Shown piece by piece: positions 11,968 to 25,600 of a stretch of DNA of 64,000 bases (within the stretch, counting starts at the first letter, position 1; each line of letters begins with the position of its first letter). Source of the stretch: Camelus ferus (taxonomy: Eukaryota); the NCBI RefSeq assembly GCF_009834535.1, contig NC_045696.1, positions 34,722,001 through 34,786,000 of the forward strand, given 5' to 3'. The notes beneath the pieces were generated by a model. It saw only the letters and a program-made list of their open reading frames with translations. It searched no databases and had not been told where the DNA came from. A program made the position numbers and the translations under genes.

Positions 11968-13533
11968 GAAGTGTTTGTATAGAAAAACAATGTTGTTTTG
12001 TTTTGTTTTATTTTTAACTTCCCTAACCCAGCTTTGACTTTGTGGCCCCTGGGAAATGCCCCTTTGTTAATATTCCTAAGTTTATATCAGTGAAAAAAGA
12101 GGGTCTTTCTTGTTATATCATTTCTCTTCCTATTAGTCTTATCACACTGAACTGGCAGGTGGCATTCTGGGAAGAGACGGGAACTGGGAGTCCATGTCTG
12201 GAAAGGAGGCTTACTACCTACTCCCAATCTGCTGATCTAGGCTAGTCAATATCCAAGTTCTCTTCTAGCATTAAAATATTAAAACTCAATCTGAAAGTTA
12301 GAAATATTAATGCCCCTCATTTTAAACAATTAATAGCTAAATTTCTGAGCTAGAATGGGAACACAAAGTGATACAGCAAGGGGAACAGGATATAACTCTT
12401 CTTATGAGAAGAGCTGAGGTTCTCTTTCCTTGATGATGCTAAACATCAATGACTCATTTCTATACATGAGTTTTCTTAACAGCAAAAAGCTCTGCATGAG
12501 TCCCAGCATTTGTGGAAGGGGCAGGGGTTCTCACTCTGTATCCATCCTACATTTTTCCTTCAAAGATGTTGCAAGCACCCCTATAAAATATACTGACTCT
12601 TCTCTGGGCATGATGCTTGCTGGCATAGGAATTTGATGTTTTCCTTGTGCATAAGGAATTTGGTGGGCAAGTTTTAAATGCTGTTTAATAACAAGGAAGT
12701 TCTGGAGTTTTACGTGAGGCAGGATCTTATGACTTTTGCCTATGTTTTGCTTCAGGAGCACTTCTCTCTCCACTAATTTAAAAAAATTAGGTGTAGATAG
12801 GAACATAAACCTAACTAACATCATCTGAAGTTTTTAATGAAAATGACGTTTTGTCACCTTCTTATATTTTTCTATCTTACATTAAAAAGCATGTGAATTA
12901 GCTCTGAGGGAAGGATGCATAGAAATTACTACCTTTGCCACGTGGGACCTCAAGCCTCTGAAATTATTGATTTCTTAATAGAATGGGGATTCATAGCATT
13001 GATTATATTTGTAGCAATTGAAGTCACATGGTTATTCTGGAATTATTACATATTTATAGTATACAGATTATATGATATTTATAGTTCTCATTTAATAGCA
13101 AACACACAGTTTCCATGCAGCAAATGGCTATTAAAATCACAGGAATCATGGAAATTAGATTTATTTGGGCTTCTGTGGCTGCCTGAATTCCACAAGATAA
13201 ATGCCAGATTTCTTTTTTATTGCCAGACTCCATACTTAAGAAAACCATGAAGAACTTGGAATTTCCTAAATAACTGTCACAGAGATACAGTTCAATTTAG
13301 ACTCTAAAAAATGCATTATTATGCAGTTTCCTTGTCCCCGCCCCCAAACACTGCTATGTCTTCAACCTTCAATCCTCAGTACTCCTGCCATCTGCTCAGA
13401 TTTTACTGGTTTCATAGTTGACATAAAATTCTGAAAAGAATTTGACTATAGATTACTAACTTTATTACTAAATCAAAAGTCAGAGCTAAATTTTATCATC
13501 TTAATTGTCTTTTGTTGTTTGGGCTAGATTCTT

Positions 13534-14144
13534 TTCTTTTTTTTCCTGGCATCCAAAATCTTTTTAATAACAAGTTATCCCCTGGCGTGCTCGAACTTCT
13601 GGCCCTTGGAGAGTACATAGGGTTTGTTGTGGCTGTACGGGCTTCCTGGGGCCTTGCCAAAATGGCCTGTACACCTCTCGGCCCTTGCAAGGACCGGAGA
13701 GCAAGGCAGTGCCGCAGCCCTTTCGCAATTCCAGGGCCAGCTGGTCGAAGGTGAAGATCTTGCCCCCCGCCTTGAGGATGCAGCTCCAGGCACGGATGCT
13801 CGCTTGCAGGGCACGCACCTTCAGCTTGGGCACCTCCTGGACATGCACATCATTGGTTATGGTCCCCACAACCATAACTGTTTTGCCTTTCCAATCAGGA
13901 AGCTTCATCTTCGGATCATTCAAGAAATGGACAGAGGTGGCCGGTTGGTGCGACTCATAAACAATCTCTTCAGCACAACTTGATTGAAGGTGGAGTTGGT
14001 TCGTCTGGCCAGAAACCTGTACAGCTCGACCAACAGCCTTAGAAAGAGATCCTGGCTCTTGGGCTTCTTGCACCGAATCTTTCGGTCCTTGTTGTGGCGG
14101 ATGTCAACTCGCTTCCTCCTTAGCCAGGTCTGGAAAGAGAGAGC
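13534..14144 (-). pseudogene. RPL18: Processed pseudogene of 60S ribosomal protein L18 (eL18)
   Basis: Three reading frames give [56 protein letters not shown] and HFGKAPG..KPYV; no introns; 5' pyrimidine tract; ATTAAA at 13563-13568; A tail; 15-bp TSD ttgggctagattctt at 13519-13533 and 14145-14159; premature TGA at 13920-13922 and two frameshifts. Confidence 0.97.
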
Positions 14145-14561
14145 TTGGGCTAGATTCTTAAGGAGAAATTTCAAGCTGTGTCTTTCAGTAAATATTTATA
14201 AATCACTTGTTGTAAGTTCAGAACTGCCCTTAGATTGGTAGGCATGCAATAAATTCTCATGCTTTATTTCTACCTTCTAAGGGCTGATAGTGCCAGGCGT
14301 GATGAACAATTTAGAAGAAAGACTGAAGTTAAAAACAACCATTAGGAGACTACTGTGGATAAATGAGCTTTGGGTAATAGTGCTTCCTATTAGTTTAGTA
14401 CATTGACAAGAGGCTTATAGACCAAGGAATCAGAGATACACTGATGGCTACTAGTGAGCTGTGGAAGTCAAAGGAGACAGATGGCTCTGGGATTAAGAGT
14501 TCATGGTATAGACATACATTTATCTGAATAGTGATTTTATAAGTAGATTTTGGATATCACT

Positions 14562-14579
14562 GATCGATCGATCGATCTA

Positions 14580-14630
<51 letters not shown>
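14562..14630. repeat. Compound tetranucleotide STR (GATC)/(TGTC)/(TATC)n
   Basis: Seen directly. Confidence 0.95.
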
Positions 14631-14631
<1 letters not shown>

Positions 14632-14702
14632 CAATCATCACCTATCTATCCACACACATAAATAGGGAAATACACATATATAGACACCCCATTAAATAGA
14701 TG

Positions 14703-15349
14703 TGTTAGAGCAGGCAGATACCTAGATATGAGCAGGGAAAGGGGGACACAGACCAAATGGCAAGAATTGGGCAGAAAGGAGGGGTACAAGCCAAATGCAG
14801 GAAAACATACATCACATAAGAACCAGGGGTCCCTGGGCAGAGAAATAAAAGCAGGAGTCTTTGGGCTGATAAGGGGCCACACCTTTTGACCTGGAGACCA
14901 ACAAAGAAAGGTCAGAAAAGGCAGGAATTTCCAGTGTCCGAATGTAACCTTTTGCTCATTATGCCCTCATTTCCATAAAATTAGCCTTGCAGATCAGAAG
15001 TACTCATCAAGTACTGACACCATGACACTTCTGATCCAGACTGAATAAGGACAAAAATCCCTCCTCCCTTTGGGAAGGTGGAGTTGAGATGATAATCAGA
15101 AAATACAACCCTAAGCCCTTCCCTCCTCAGTGAATATTCTGCCCATTCATTTTTACACCCTATGTAGCTAACTTGGCAAAGAAACTCAGGGCAGCCGCTC
15201 ACCTGAGCCTGCCCACTCTCCCCTTGAGAGTGTACTATCCATCCTTTAATAAATCCTCACTTTACTTTTTTTAACCTCTAAATCTTGTCTCTGAATTCTT
15301 TCTGAGATGGGACAAGAACCTGGAACACCGGTTGGATCCACCGGCAACA
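14703..15349 (+). mobile_element. Solo ERV1-type LTR (MER41-like architecture)
   Basis: tgttag...ggcaaca ends; aataaa near 15248; near-TSD gatg/gttg. Confidence 0.8.
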
Positions 15350-16289
15350 GTTGTACTAACCCTAAACCAAAGTTTAAAAATATCTGGGGATGTTTCTGAA
15401 GCAATATATCTATTAATTGTTCACTTTTCAGACTGCTGTCCATATAGAGTGGATCCTTTTCCCTGAAGATTTTCATTTTTTATTAATGTTATTTATTCCT
15501 ATGGAATGCACTAAGCATGTCAGCTTCATTTAGACAGTCCATACATCATCAGTAAGAAGTCACAGTCCATATTCACTCTTCCTTTTTATAAGCTCTAACT
15601 TTCTGACTTATTTTTGACACTGTTGTATTTTTCAGAGTATTTCTTCAGAGAATCTCAGATTTAAATCCATCAACATGTGGTAGAATCAAGTCTCTGCCTT
15701 TTCCCTCATAGCTATATTATTTCCAAACAATAAGATTTTAGGACATATAAACATTAATTTCTGGTTTACCACTTTTCCAAGGTCATATTATTTTGCTTCA
15801 ATTAATATTATATTTGAATATTTGCATATCCCATAGTGTCTTTGGATTAAATAGAAAACATATGATTAATTCCATTGCTAGCCACATGACTGCTGTAGAT
15901 ACCTTATTAACATATAAATGATTCAGTTGAAAATGGAAAGTATTCCCACTGCATTTAGTCAGAATATGGTAAAAGCTACCTTGCTAGTGATATTTCCCAT
16001 GCATCCCTCTCATGCCCACCTGAGATCCCTACCCTCCTTTTTCGATGCCCTATTCTTTCAGGTTCGTCACTGATAAATGTTAGCTTCTACTCTGTGCTCA
16101 GAATTATATCTTTTACATATGTTTCATTAAGTTTTACAATAAAATAGATAAAAGTTTATATAAACATTAGCCTGGCTTTTTGTTTAAAGAAAACAAATCT
16201 AATCCTAAGTAAATAGTCATTAACGTGTATTTCAGGAAAGGTCTTAATTTTGATTGGTTGTGCTGTCTATGAAATGAAGAAACTGCACA

Positions 16290-16620
16290 GAAAGTCAAGA
16301 TAGCAATGCAGTCTTAATGCTGGTGATGCTATGTACTCTGGCCTGGACTTGGGGTGGGGCATCTGAAAGGTTTCTCAGAGGAATAACTTCTAAAGTGACG
16401 TGAAGAACCAAAGTTAGCCAAAGAGAATGGGAGTTAGGAGAATGTAATAAAGACAGAAATGAATATAGAGAGAAATCAAGTGACAATAGTTATGTCAGGG
16501 TGGCATGACAAAGTGATTCAGTGATGGGCATAGAGACAGAAGTCAGCCTGGACATGTAAGCAGAAACCAGCGTCCAAGGGACTGTCATTTAGCCAATAGA
16601 ATTGGATTGTATGGCAAAAG
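16290..16620 (-). mobile_element. L2 fragment
   Basis: Degraded L2-like motifs (gaaaggtttctcagaggaataacttctaaagtgac); boundaries approximate. Confidence 0.45.
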
Positions 16621-16658
16621 CTATCAAAGTAGCACAACCCGTCAACATACTTATGTGT

Positions 16659-16984
16659 TGTTGAATGAATTAAACTAGGAGGCCGTTATACTCAGGAGGC
16701 CATGGTGGCCAACATAAGCAAACCAAAATCTAAGCCTGTGAAGGCTTCATGGTGATGAAATCAAAACGCCAAGGACAACCAATCACAGTCAGCTAGGCTT
16801 TAAGCTATAGCCAATCCAGCAATCTCCTTTCTTTGCTTCTGCGCTTTCTCTGTTTAAGTCCTTCCCCTGGCTCCTGTTGGCAGAATGTGCCTAACCACTT
16901 CCGATTTGGGACTTCTCAATTCCAATTGACTTTTGCTCAAATAAACTCTTACAGTTTTTTAATATGCCTCAGTTTATCTTAACA
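16659..16984 (+). mobile_element. Solo LTR (ERV1-like)
   Basis: tgttg...ttaaca ends; two CCAAT boxes; tgctcaaataaactctt poly(A)-signal region. Confidence 0.7.
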
Positions 16985-19900
16985 GTTCCTAAGTAAGAAT
17001 GCCACTTTGGTCTTAATAATATGAGTGTAGTACTGTATTTTTTTTTTTAATGGCAAAGATTGTCTTTAACAGCATTCTGAAAGTTGAAGCAATAAGTTAA
17101 TCAGCCAGCAACAATCAATGAAATATAATTTCTTTAAGGCAAAAACTACCTCTAAGGAAATGATCTTATTTTGGCATTTCTTAAAATCTCTAACATGGCT
17201 TTGGATCATTTCCCTGCATCATTAAGCTCCATGTAGTTTTAAGTCTGAGAATGGACTGATATGTAATAAATTCTTGTTAACTTAAATGATATTTCTGAAT
17301 TAGTTATGCCTTCCCCCTACCCCAGTCTTTTAGGAGTAACATTCTTCTGATACAAACTATATATTTAAAGGAAAGGAATTTTCCATAAGTATTTTTATAT
17401 TTTGATATGGAATGTCACTATCATGGAAACATTTATGAAAAAACAAAAGAGGGAACTTAATTATCCAGGGAAAAACTTGGGAAAGACTTTAAAACCCTTG
17501 GAGGAAAGCACACATTTACAGTATTATAAAAAAATAAGAAGTTAGTCACTGTAGACAGAGCCTCTCAGGTGCTGGCACACTCAACAGTCTTAAATAATAA
17601 AAAAAAATGAGAAATAATTTGAAATTAAGGCTACTGAGCATGAACATCAACAAAAATTGCCGGAAAAGTTAGCAATGCAAAAGTTACAGGAAAAAAAATA
17701 ACCAGCATTCACATATCCGGTGCTAGCTTCCAAAATCAGTTTTTAACAGATTACAGTGAAGACATAAAACTTTTAAGTCATACAAAGGAAGGTAAGAAAG
17801 AAAAAAAAATAATGTGGTAGAAGAAGGGAAAAAAGTGACAGACAAGAGAAATGGCAGCTGAACTCAGAAGCAATGATAGGTACTGTGAAAAACAGCAAAG
17901 GATGACAAAGCTGCCTGTGGGTGAAAGAAGGAAGAAGCACTGACCAGAAAAACAGTGAGCGCTAGGGACAGGCAGCAAAAGAGAAAAATCATACTTACTT
18001 CAATAATTCTGAGCACGTTTCTTTGTCACATTTAAATGCTGCAGCAGTATTTGATCAGTCTAGGGACACATTTAAAAATTTTCTTAGTACTTGAAAATAT
18101 CATCCATAAAATAATCTTATTAAGGAAAATCAGCATGCTTCATTTTTTAAAATAATAATAAGGAATAGTGTAACATATTTTAGAAATGTGTTCATAAAAG
18201 GATGAAAATGAAATTTCCAGAACTTGAAGTATCAAATCTCCATTTGTCTGAAACTTAATTTATCCAAATAACCCTTTTCTAAGCTCTAGCCACTCCACTA
18301 TCGTATTTGTCTCAATATCAGTAAATTAAAACTTATTTGTCTGAATTATCCAGCTAATTTTATTGTTGCATTTCAGCCATCTCCTCATTTCATCTGGGTA
18401 GAAACAGGCTGATTTCAATTCTTATTACTAAATTACTTCTTTTCTGCTGGATATAATCACTGGCTTTCTCAACCGTTAAAAATTAGAAATCAAGGTTTCA
18501 ATAATACATTATGTGTTCAATGGGAATCTAGAGCATTCCACGTTAATGAAAATTATAATAGTAATCCCCCTGTGTTAATATACTGCCTGAAGAATAAAAT
18601 GAAACAAAACGCAAATGTTGAGACTTTTCTACAGTCAAAGAGTTTGGACAGTTTCCATTTTTATCTGCTCAAGCCACACAGCCAAGGGCTGCCTGAATTT
18701 CCTTATCTTTAGTTTCATACCTGAATTGGATGCAGTTAGTTGTTTTTTTTTCCCCCTTTTAAATGTGTGATTCAATTTTGAGAACTTCTTAAACATAGTC
18801 TAGGGATTGTAAAAATCCTTGGAGTGGGGCCAGATTTTCCTGAATTAATATGCACTCTTCTCTGCCTGTGTTACACATGACTGCCGTTGACATTTCTCAT
18901 GTCCCCTTTCATTCCCATTGCTAAAGTGCCACGCCACTCTGTTGCACTTCTGCAAACACTTCTCCAAATTAGCTTGAAGCAAGTAGCCCTCTCTTTTGCT
19001 AATATGTCATGATCTTAATAGGAATGTGTGGTCAGAGTCCAGTATAATAAACAGATAATGTGCAAAATGAAATTTTAAAAGGTCGGCTGCTCCTTGTTGC
19101 CACACACATCTTTGCATTGCTAGTGTTTAAAACTGGCATGTGTATTAGCAGGAATTTTCTGTCTCATTTTTAATTTCTCCATTTTTAACATAGAAGAAAA
19201 ATTTACTTTGGGGACTTAATTTTACCTTCAGTGTTCTCTGACACCCTATACTATTCATTAAAAAATAATTGGCATAGTTGTTTATTAAAATGCACTAATT
19301 CTGAAAAGGTACTGAAATATGGTAGATCACTTCCATTTGTTTTGTTTGTCTATCTGTGTGGGGGTGGGTGTGTATAAATGTTGTATGAATACTAATAAGT
19401 GTCTATTCATAATCATGTTTTCATAGGTGACAAACCTGTAAAATGTTTCTATCCTGAGATAAATGCCTGGAATATGATGATATACCATTTATTTAGTTCC
19501 ATGTGCCCGGGAAAGATTATAAAACCTCAGACAGACTTAGCCTTAGGAGGCCTTTAACATGTTCTGTGACCAATCATTTGTTGACTCCCATGTATGGTGA
19601 AGTTAATGAGGACCAAATATCAGATACAAAACATTAGGATTCCCCTGCCCCAATAAAAAGGAGTAATTTATGGTAAGCATAAAGAATAAATGTTCTAAAG
19701 AAATATTTATAGTATCTGCTGGGGACTTGGTGTGCTTTCTAATTGTATTAATGTGCAGTTAGCATTAGATGTTGAAACACAGTTTTCCACAAGACTCTTC
19801 TCCTGTTCAGTTTGTTTAGAAATTTTCTTTGGAAGAACTACTGTACCAGCCCTACAATGTAACTGTGCTACAGCTCACTAAAGTCCTTGGTGTGGCTTTG

Positions 19901-20094
19901 CAAAGTTAATGGTTACATACATTTCAGGTAATGAAAAGCATCCAAATATGTCAGGTTAAGAAGCCATTTCCTCAAAGTGTGGAGCTATGGATTCACTGGA
20001 ACAGGAGAGAAATCAGATAGGAAACTGAAACATATCTGTAGATAACCTGCTTTTGAAAGAGAGATTGTGCTGGTGTGTATGTTGTTTGTAGAAG

Positions 20095-20550
20095 CTGGTG
20101 GTGTTTGACCCAGATTGCTCTCAGGTGCAAGGACCCGTGGTTCTGCTGCAGTAAAGTGTTGGCTACGAGAGGCTCACAGTTATTTCCCTTTATAGAGAGT
20201 TGATCTCCCTGGGCTGACATTAGCTGCTGGCCTGGAGATGCAGATGCTTCCCTGCATTAATGCTTTCCAACCCTTGGCAGAGTGCAACCAACAGCTAACA
20301 CAGAGGTCCAAAAAGCCAGGCCCGTGGGTTCAGAGGGATACATCCCGGTAAGCCATTCATGCTCCAGAGTTTCCAGTGGGCTCAGGCTGAACCGAAGACT
20401 CAACTAAAACCACATCTTTGCTTAACTTCTTTCCATGTCCTGTTTCCTTGCTGCCCTATTGGTTTCTCCTGAGAGCACTTCCCCAGTGAATCTCTTGTCT
20501 GGAACTCCAATTCCAGGCTCTGCTTCAAGGCAACTGGACCTAAGGCAACA
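20095..20550 (+). mobile_element. ERVL LTR16-like solo LTR
   Basis: tttctcctgagagcacttcccc...ccaggctctgcttc..gacctaaggca, typical of the LTR16 3' end. Confidence 0.65.
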
Positions 20551-20619
20551 CTGACTTCACTCCTTCAATTTTAGGACCCTATTTAACAGACAACTACTGC
20601 AGTCCTCGCACATTTACAG

Positions 20620-21290
20620 ACAAAACCACACAGGAAATAATTCCTGATCTTGAGGCATTCATGGTCTGGTGAGGGGGAGGACACATGATGGGTCATTACA
20701 ACGTGAAATGTGTTATGACAGAGGAAAGAGCATGAAGTTTGGCATGAGTGGGGTCAGGAGGCTTCAAAGAAGAGGTAACAATTGAACTGCATATTTATTA
20801 GTAGGGAGAAGAGAAAGAGGAAAAAAAATCTTTTTTCCAAGACACAAGAACATTATGTCTTTGGGAAAACATCATAAGCTCAATATGTTTAGAAGATGCC
20901 CACGGGAGAGAAATGAAGGATGAGATTGACTTAGGCAGGAGGGCAGACTGCCGGGCACCAGTGCGAAGAGATTAGAGCTTATCCTGCAGGATATGGACTT
21001 CTGAAGAATGTTAAACATCAGAGTGATACGATCTTATTTAAAATAAAAAAATACTGAAGATATAAATTTAGAGAAAGAAGGAGGTGCAGCGATGAAAAAA
21101 GAGGTAAGTGAAAAATATTGATAATGTAGGCAACGGCAGAGGGAATTCTTTAAGGATGTGAGATATGAGAGATAGAATGAAGCTACTTAAAAATTTGATG
21201 ATTTATAAAATGTAGGGGGTGATGAGAGTCTAGGATGAATTCTGAGGATCTGGCCTCAATAACTTGGTATCTGATGGTTTCAAGAGGAAT
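20620..21290 (-). mobile_element. L2 fragments
   Basis: cctgatcttgaggcattcatggtctggtgagg...ggaggcttcaaagaagaggtaac; boundaries approximate. Confidence 0.55.
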
Positions 21291-24200
21291 ACAAAGGGAA
21301 GATCTTTTGATTCTACCACCAAACGTTTGTTTTTCACTTATATTGTCTTGCAAATTTCTAGTGCTTCCTTAGTAGGCAAATTTACTGGTAGCTGGTAAAC
21401 ACAGGAGAAAAGATCTGATGATTTTTACCTTTAAATAATCTTTATTAATGTCCCTCTTTCAAGTTGTTAAGGCTGCCCTAGTTGGCAAGTTTAACTTTTT
21501 TCCCCCTATCCTATCCAACTCAAACTTTCCTGTCAGTTGAAAAGTTTTATAAATCCCTGTCCTCTGGAAAACCTTGTCCCCCTATTTATTTTTAAATGTA
21601 TTAGGTAGTTCTTAAAAACTACAAATTATGTTTCTACTTCCTTTGCCAATATTGCTCTGTTTAGAAGTCTTTTTGTAAAAATAATATCCTTTCATAGCTT
21701 TCAACATACTGTTATTTCAAATGGTTTTGATTGAAGATGCTAAAGCAGTGGTTTCCACTAGAATTTTCCCAGGGTTTCTTCAAGGGAATGTAATGGAAGA
21801 TTCATGTGCGTGTTTCTGTGGAGTCTGTATGGTACTTGTAACCAATGGGGGCAGCTAGAACTGAGATACCACAAAAATCCCAAGGGACTGGCCATAGCAG
21901 AAGCTTGTGTTGAGACATCATGGACACAGAAAGCAAACAGAGCTCATATGGAAAATTTCAAGGAAAGATGTTCTGAATTGCAGATACTGATTTGCAAATG
22001 AACTGCTTCTCAAATAGGGAACTCTAATATAGCCACGGTGATTTAGCAGCTGCACCTGAGATTTATTTATTTAACAATTCTCCCAAGGAATACTAGAGAG
22101 ACCTGTTGGTCTGTAAAATAAAATATGTAATTAAATTGAAAATGATATAAGAATATGTGTGTAATCACTTTTGTCAGAATAAAGTAAGGAGGACTTCTGA
22201 CTATTTCTAGATTGTTGGGTTAGGAAGTCTATTTTTAGAATATGTTCTACAATAACCTTTGATTGTTAACTATAAATTTCCATCAGGATCTGAAAAAAAC
22301 CCAAATGTTCAAATGATTGTAGGCCAAAATTGTCTACTTCTCTGTCATATTTTTATTTCTAATATGTCCTGAATTTATAACTTATCCATTTCACATGGAC
22401 AATGAGATTTCTATTTCTCTTCATATTCCTGAAATAAATGCAAGTATTCCTGAAAATAGATAATATCAATGTGACTTTGATTGATTGCTTACTTTGTTTT
22501 CCCTCTGCACATTGTCATACAATATCTCTGTGAATAAATATTTATCGAGTATGTGCCAGGTTTATTGTTTGTCTAATAGTTACATCATACGAGGTAAGGT
22601 GCATTTCCTTAAGATGTAACATAAACCTGGTTTTTAACAATGCCATTTTGGTACTTCAGTTAGTAAGCTTTCTATTTAAACCAGTGTAGACTCTTATGCC
22701 AACCCCAAACAGATTTTAGTATTTTACTACTTGGTAGAACATAAGTATTCTCTCTGGGAATAATTCCATCTCAATATTGGTTGATGCCAAAAATCATCCT
22801 CAGGTCCATAAAGGCATTTAGAATATATAATTTAAAATTCTGAGACTATATAATAAATCAATGTTTACTGACTTTGTAAAGAAATAGAATGTGGGAAAGC
22901 AATCAAAGGATTCAAATACTGTTTGACTTGATGGATTTAGTTACCATGTGCTATTGGTATTTGGTGAGGAACTGGTATCCCAGAGGAAATCATTTTTAAA
23001 CCAAAATATAAAATAAATGAACCTTTTTTTTTTTTGCTTCCATGTTATTTTATAAAAGACATTTCTGTTTTACCACAATCAATTTTGCCAACCTGCTAAT
23101 GCCTTCGACCCTAATCTGAGAACCTTTTACTTGAACTTGGCCTCCCAAATAAGATAAATCTATTCCTGGTTGTGGTTTGTGGAGGGCAGAGGGACAGCCA
23201 GCTTGGGCTTACCCAACCGATACTAAGTGCGATATTATGGTGTAGAAAAGGGAACATGCCAACTCAAAGATGAAAGAATTTCCTGTGCTTCACTTCTTAA
23301 AGCATTGAGAATTATTGAGTTGGCCACTGATGTACAGAAAAATATTCTAAACTGGAAAGTAATTTGTTTGAAAGGATTTTCTCCCATGGTGAAAACCCAT
23401 GAAAATAACTTCTATGTATTATAATATATAAGGTGAAAGTTGATATCCTATATGTCTAAGTAATATTTTCCTACATGAGCAAAGTCTCTGGAGTCTTGAT
23501 AATTAAAACTACCTTATAATATGGGCAAAGTGGATGGAGGTTGAGATTTTCCACCACATAAGTATCGGCTAAGTTTTATTGCCTGAAAAAAAATGTGTTT
23601 TTTCATTAGTGAGTTTTTCTATATTACTGTGTGCCAGTTGTAACATTTATTTTTGTTTTACACAAGTTTTGATTTTTCCTCATTTAATTAAATTCAGATT
23701 TTTATTGGCTGGAGTTGGTTTCTTGGAAATGTTTGTCTTCAAAATGATGTCAGCAAATAACCTCCAAGTGGTTTTGTTTTTGAGTTGAAGAAAGGTACGA
23801 TTTAGATGGAGAGATAAGAGGAGAAGTGAATACTGCTGACAAACAAACGTCACTTTCATCATACTTTTACCAGAATTAAGAGCCTAATGTGTCTTAAAGC
23901 CTATTTCAAAAAGTACTAACTCATTTATTTGGCATTGGAGTTCTTTCTTCAACAGCTCTCTATGACCCTATTTTTCTGCTGTTGTCAGTAATCTAGCTTC
24001 CTCCCAATACTTACTCAATTTTATCTGTATTCCCCTTCTGAATCTTTTCACGCGATCCTCCTCCTGTCTAGAAAGCCTTTTCTGCTGCTTTCCGCTCATT
24101 CAAGCATCACATGCTCTTTAAGGCCTTGCTGAAACACAGGTTTTGGGTGAGGCTTTCATAGGTAAACTGGCGAAGAAGGCTCTTTGTGTACCTCTGTCAC

Positions 24201-25199
24201 TTTAAATGCCTTTTAATCACATACATGTGATTATGTACCTACGTCTTGGAGATAAATGCCTATATTTTGGAGTCTGTCTGCCTGAATTAGAATCTTAAAT
24301 TTTTGTCTCTTGCAATGTACAAGCCTAGGTTGCAACATCCACTCAGAAAATTTATGCACAAATTCAAGTTGAGGAGATGGGTTATTTCATTCTTAGACAG
24401 CCCTCAGACTTTAAATTCAACATTTTTCTTGGGAGTGTCTTCACAGAAATGAGGTTTGAGCTAATTGAGCTTAAGTACAGTTAGATACCTACCTGAAGAA
24501 AAGAGAGGGTATTCTAAGGAAGAGAGTAACATGAGAAAAATTCTAGAGGTAAGAAGGAACAAGGTGTGTTTGCACAAACAATAGTAGACTGAATATAAAA
24601 TAATAATCTATAAGATTGAAAGCATTCAGCCTGCTGGTAACTTACAGCCTTTATTCCATGTGTGCACCCTTTGTTTATATGCTTTGGTTTTGTGGAATAA
24701 TCAAAATATAGCAGAGATAATATTCCTGGCACAGTACATTTCACCCAGACTATTTGAAAAATGTGACCAAGCAGATCATTTTAGCTCAAAGAATCTGAAT
24801 ATGTCCATGAATCTTCTGGTTCAGTGTATCAAATATCTTTTTAATTTAGTAATTATTTGATATTTTATTGTCCTGTGCTTAATAGATTACCCAATTTTAT
24901 ACCTATATACTTTAAGCCTACCCTAAGAGTTATTATGTGTTTAACAGGAGCAAAAAGGACCTTAGTCTTTCTTTTATCATGAACCCTGGAGAGACATCAT
25001 AAGGGATCAATGTTCTAAAAGTTTCACTTTAGGCAGATGATGAGGCATCTATCAAAACATGTGATTGACACAAGGAACTCTACTAACCCCATACATCTTA
25101 ACTGCTCTTTTTGTTTCAGGTTAATATCTTCCTTCCAACTTCACGGAGTCAACAACTGATTCAAGAGGATCAAGTGTCGATGTAAGGGAATCCTCACTA

Positions 25200-25330
25200 T
25201 TTGTCATTCTTTCATTCAGCAAATCTTTGTTGAGTCCCACTATGTGAGATTGGCATTGAATTAAACACTTGTGATATATCAGGGTCCTAAATAGATATAT
25301 AAGTCTGCCCTGTGGAGCTAACATTCTTGT
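25200..25330 (-). mobile_element. L2 3' end
   Basis: tcattcagcaaatctttgttgagtcccactatgtg...tctgccctgtggagctaacatt. Confidence 0.65.
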
Positions 25331-25359
25331 GGTTATACATGACGAAGGAGACTATATTA

Positions 25360-25600
25360 TAATGATTTAAAGCTTGAGCTCAGAAGTTGGACAGAATTGG
25401 GGTCAAATTTCAGCTCTAACTTCTACTAGCTTGAGTGAGTTTCTTTTCCTCTAGTTTCCCCACGTGTAAGTTAGGGATAACTATGATACCTTCAGATTAG
25501 ATGTATTGCAGGGATTAAATGAGATAACACTTTTCAAGAGGATAATACTGATAATACTCTTGAATTTATTAAGTGCAGTTTAGGTACTTAAAATATTACG
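25360..25600 (+). mobile_element. MIR SINE
   Basis: CORE-like tagtttccccacgtgtaag...gggattaaatgagataa. Confidence 0.65.

Larger units (their letters stand above)
10757..11990 (+). mobile_element. MER21-like LTR (interrupted)
   Basis: gatagtttatgctaatgaggtgact, tgattggcatctgaagtgggggcag and tttggtgtcagaa match recalled MER21 motifs. Confidence 0.75.

Noticed and set aside
13564..14073. 169-aa ORF as a functional CDS
   Set aside because: It is a chimeric frame of the frameshifted RPL18 retrocopy; the overlapping plus-strand ORFs are antisense shadows
21743..22009. Possible novel MITE bounded by aagcagt...actgctt
   Set aside because: The inverted match is only 7 bp and no TSD is evident
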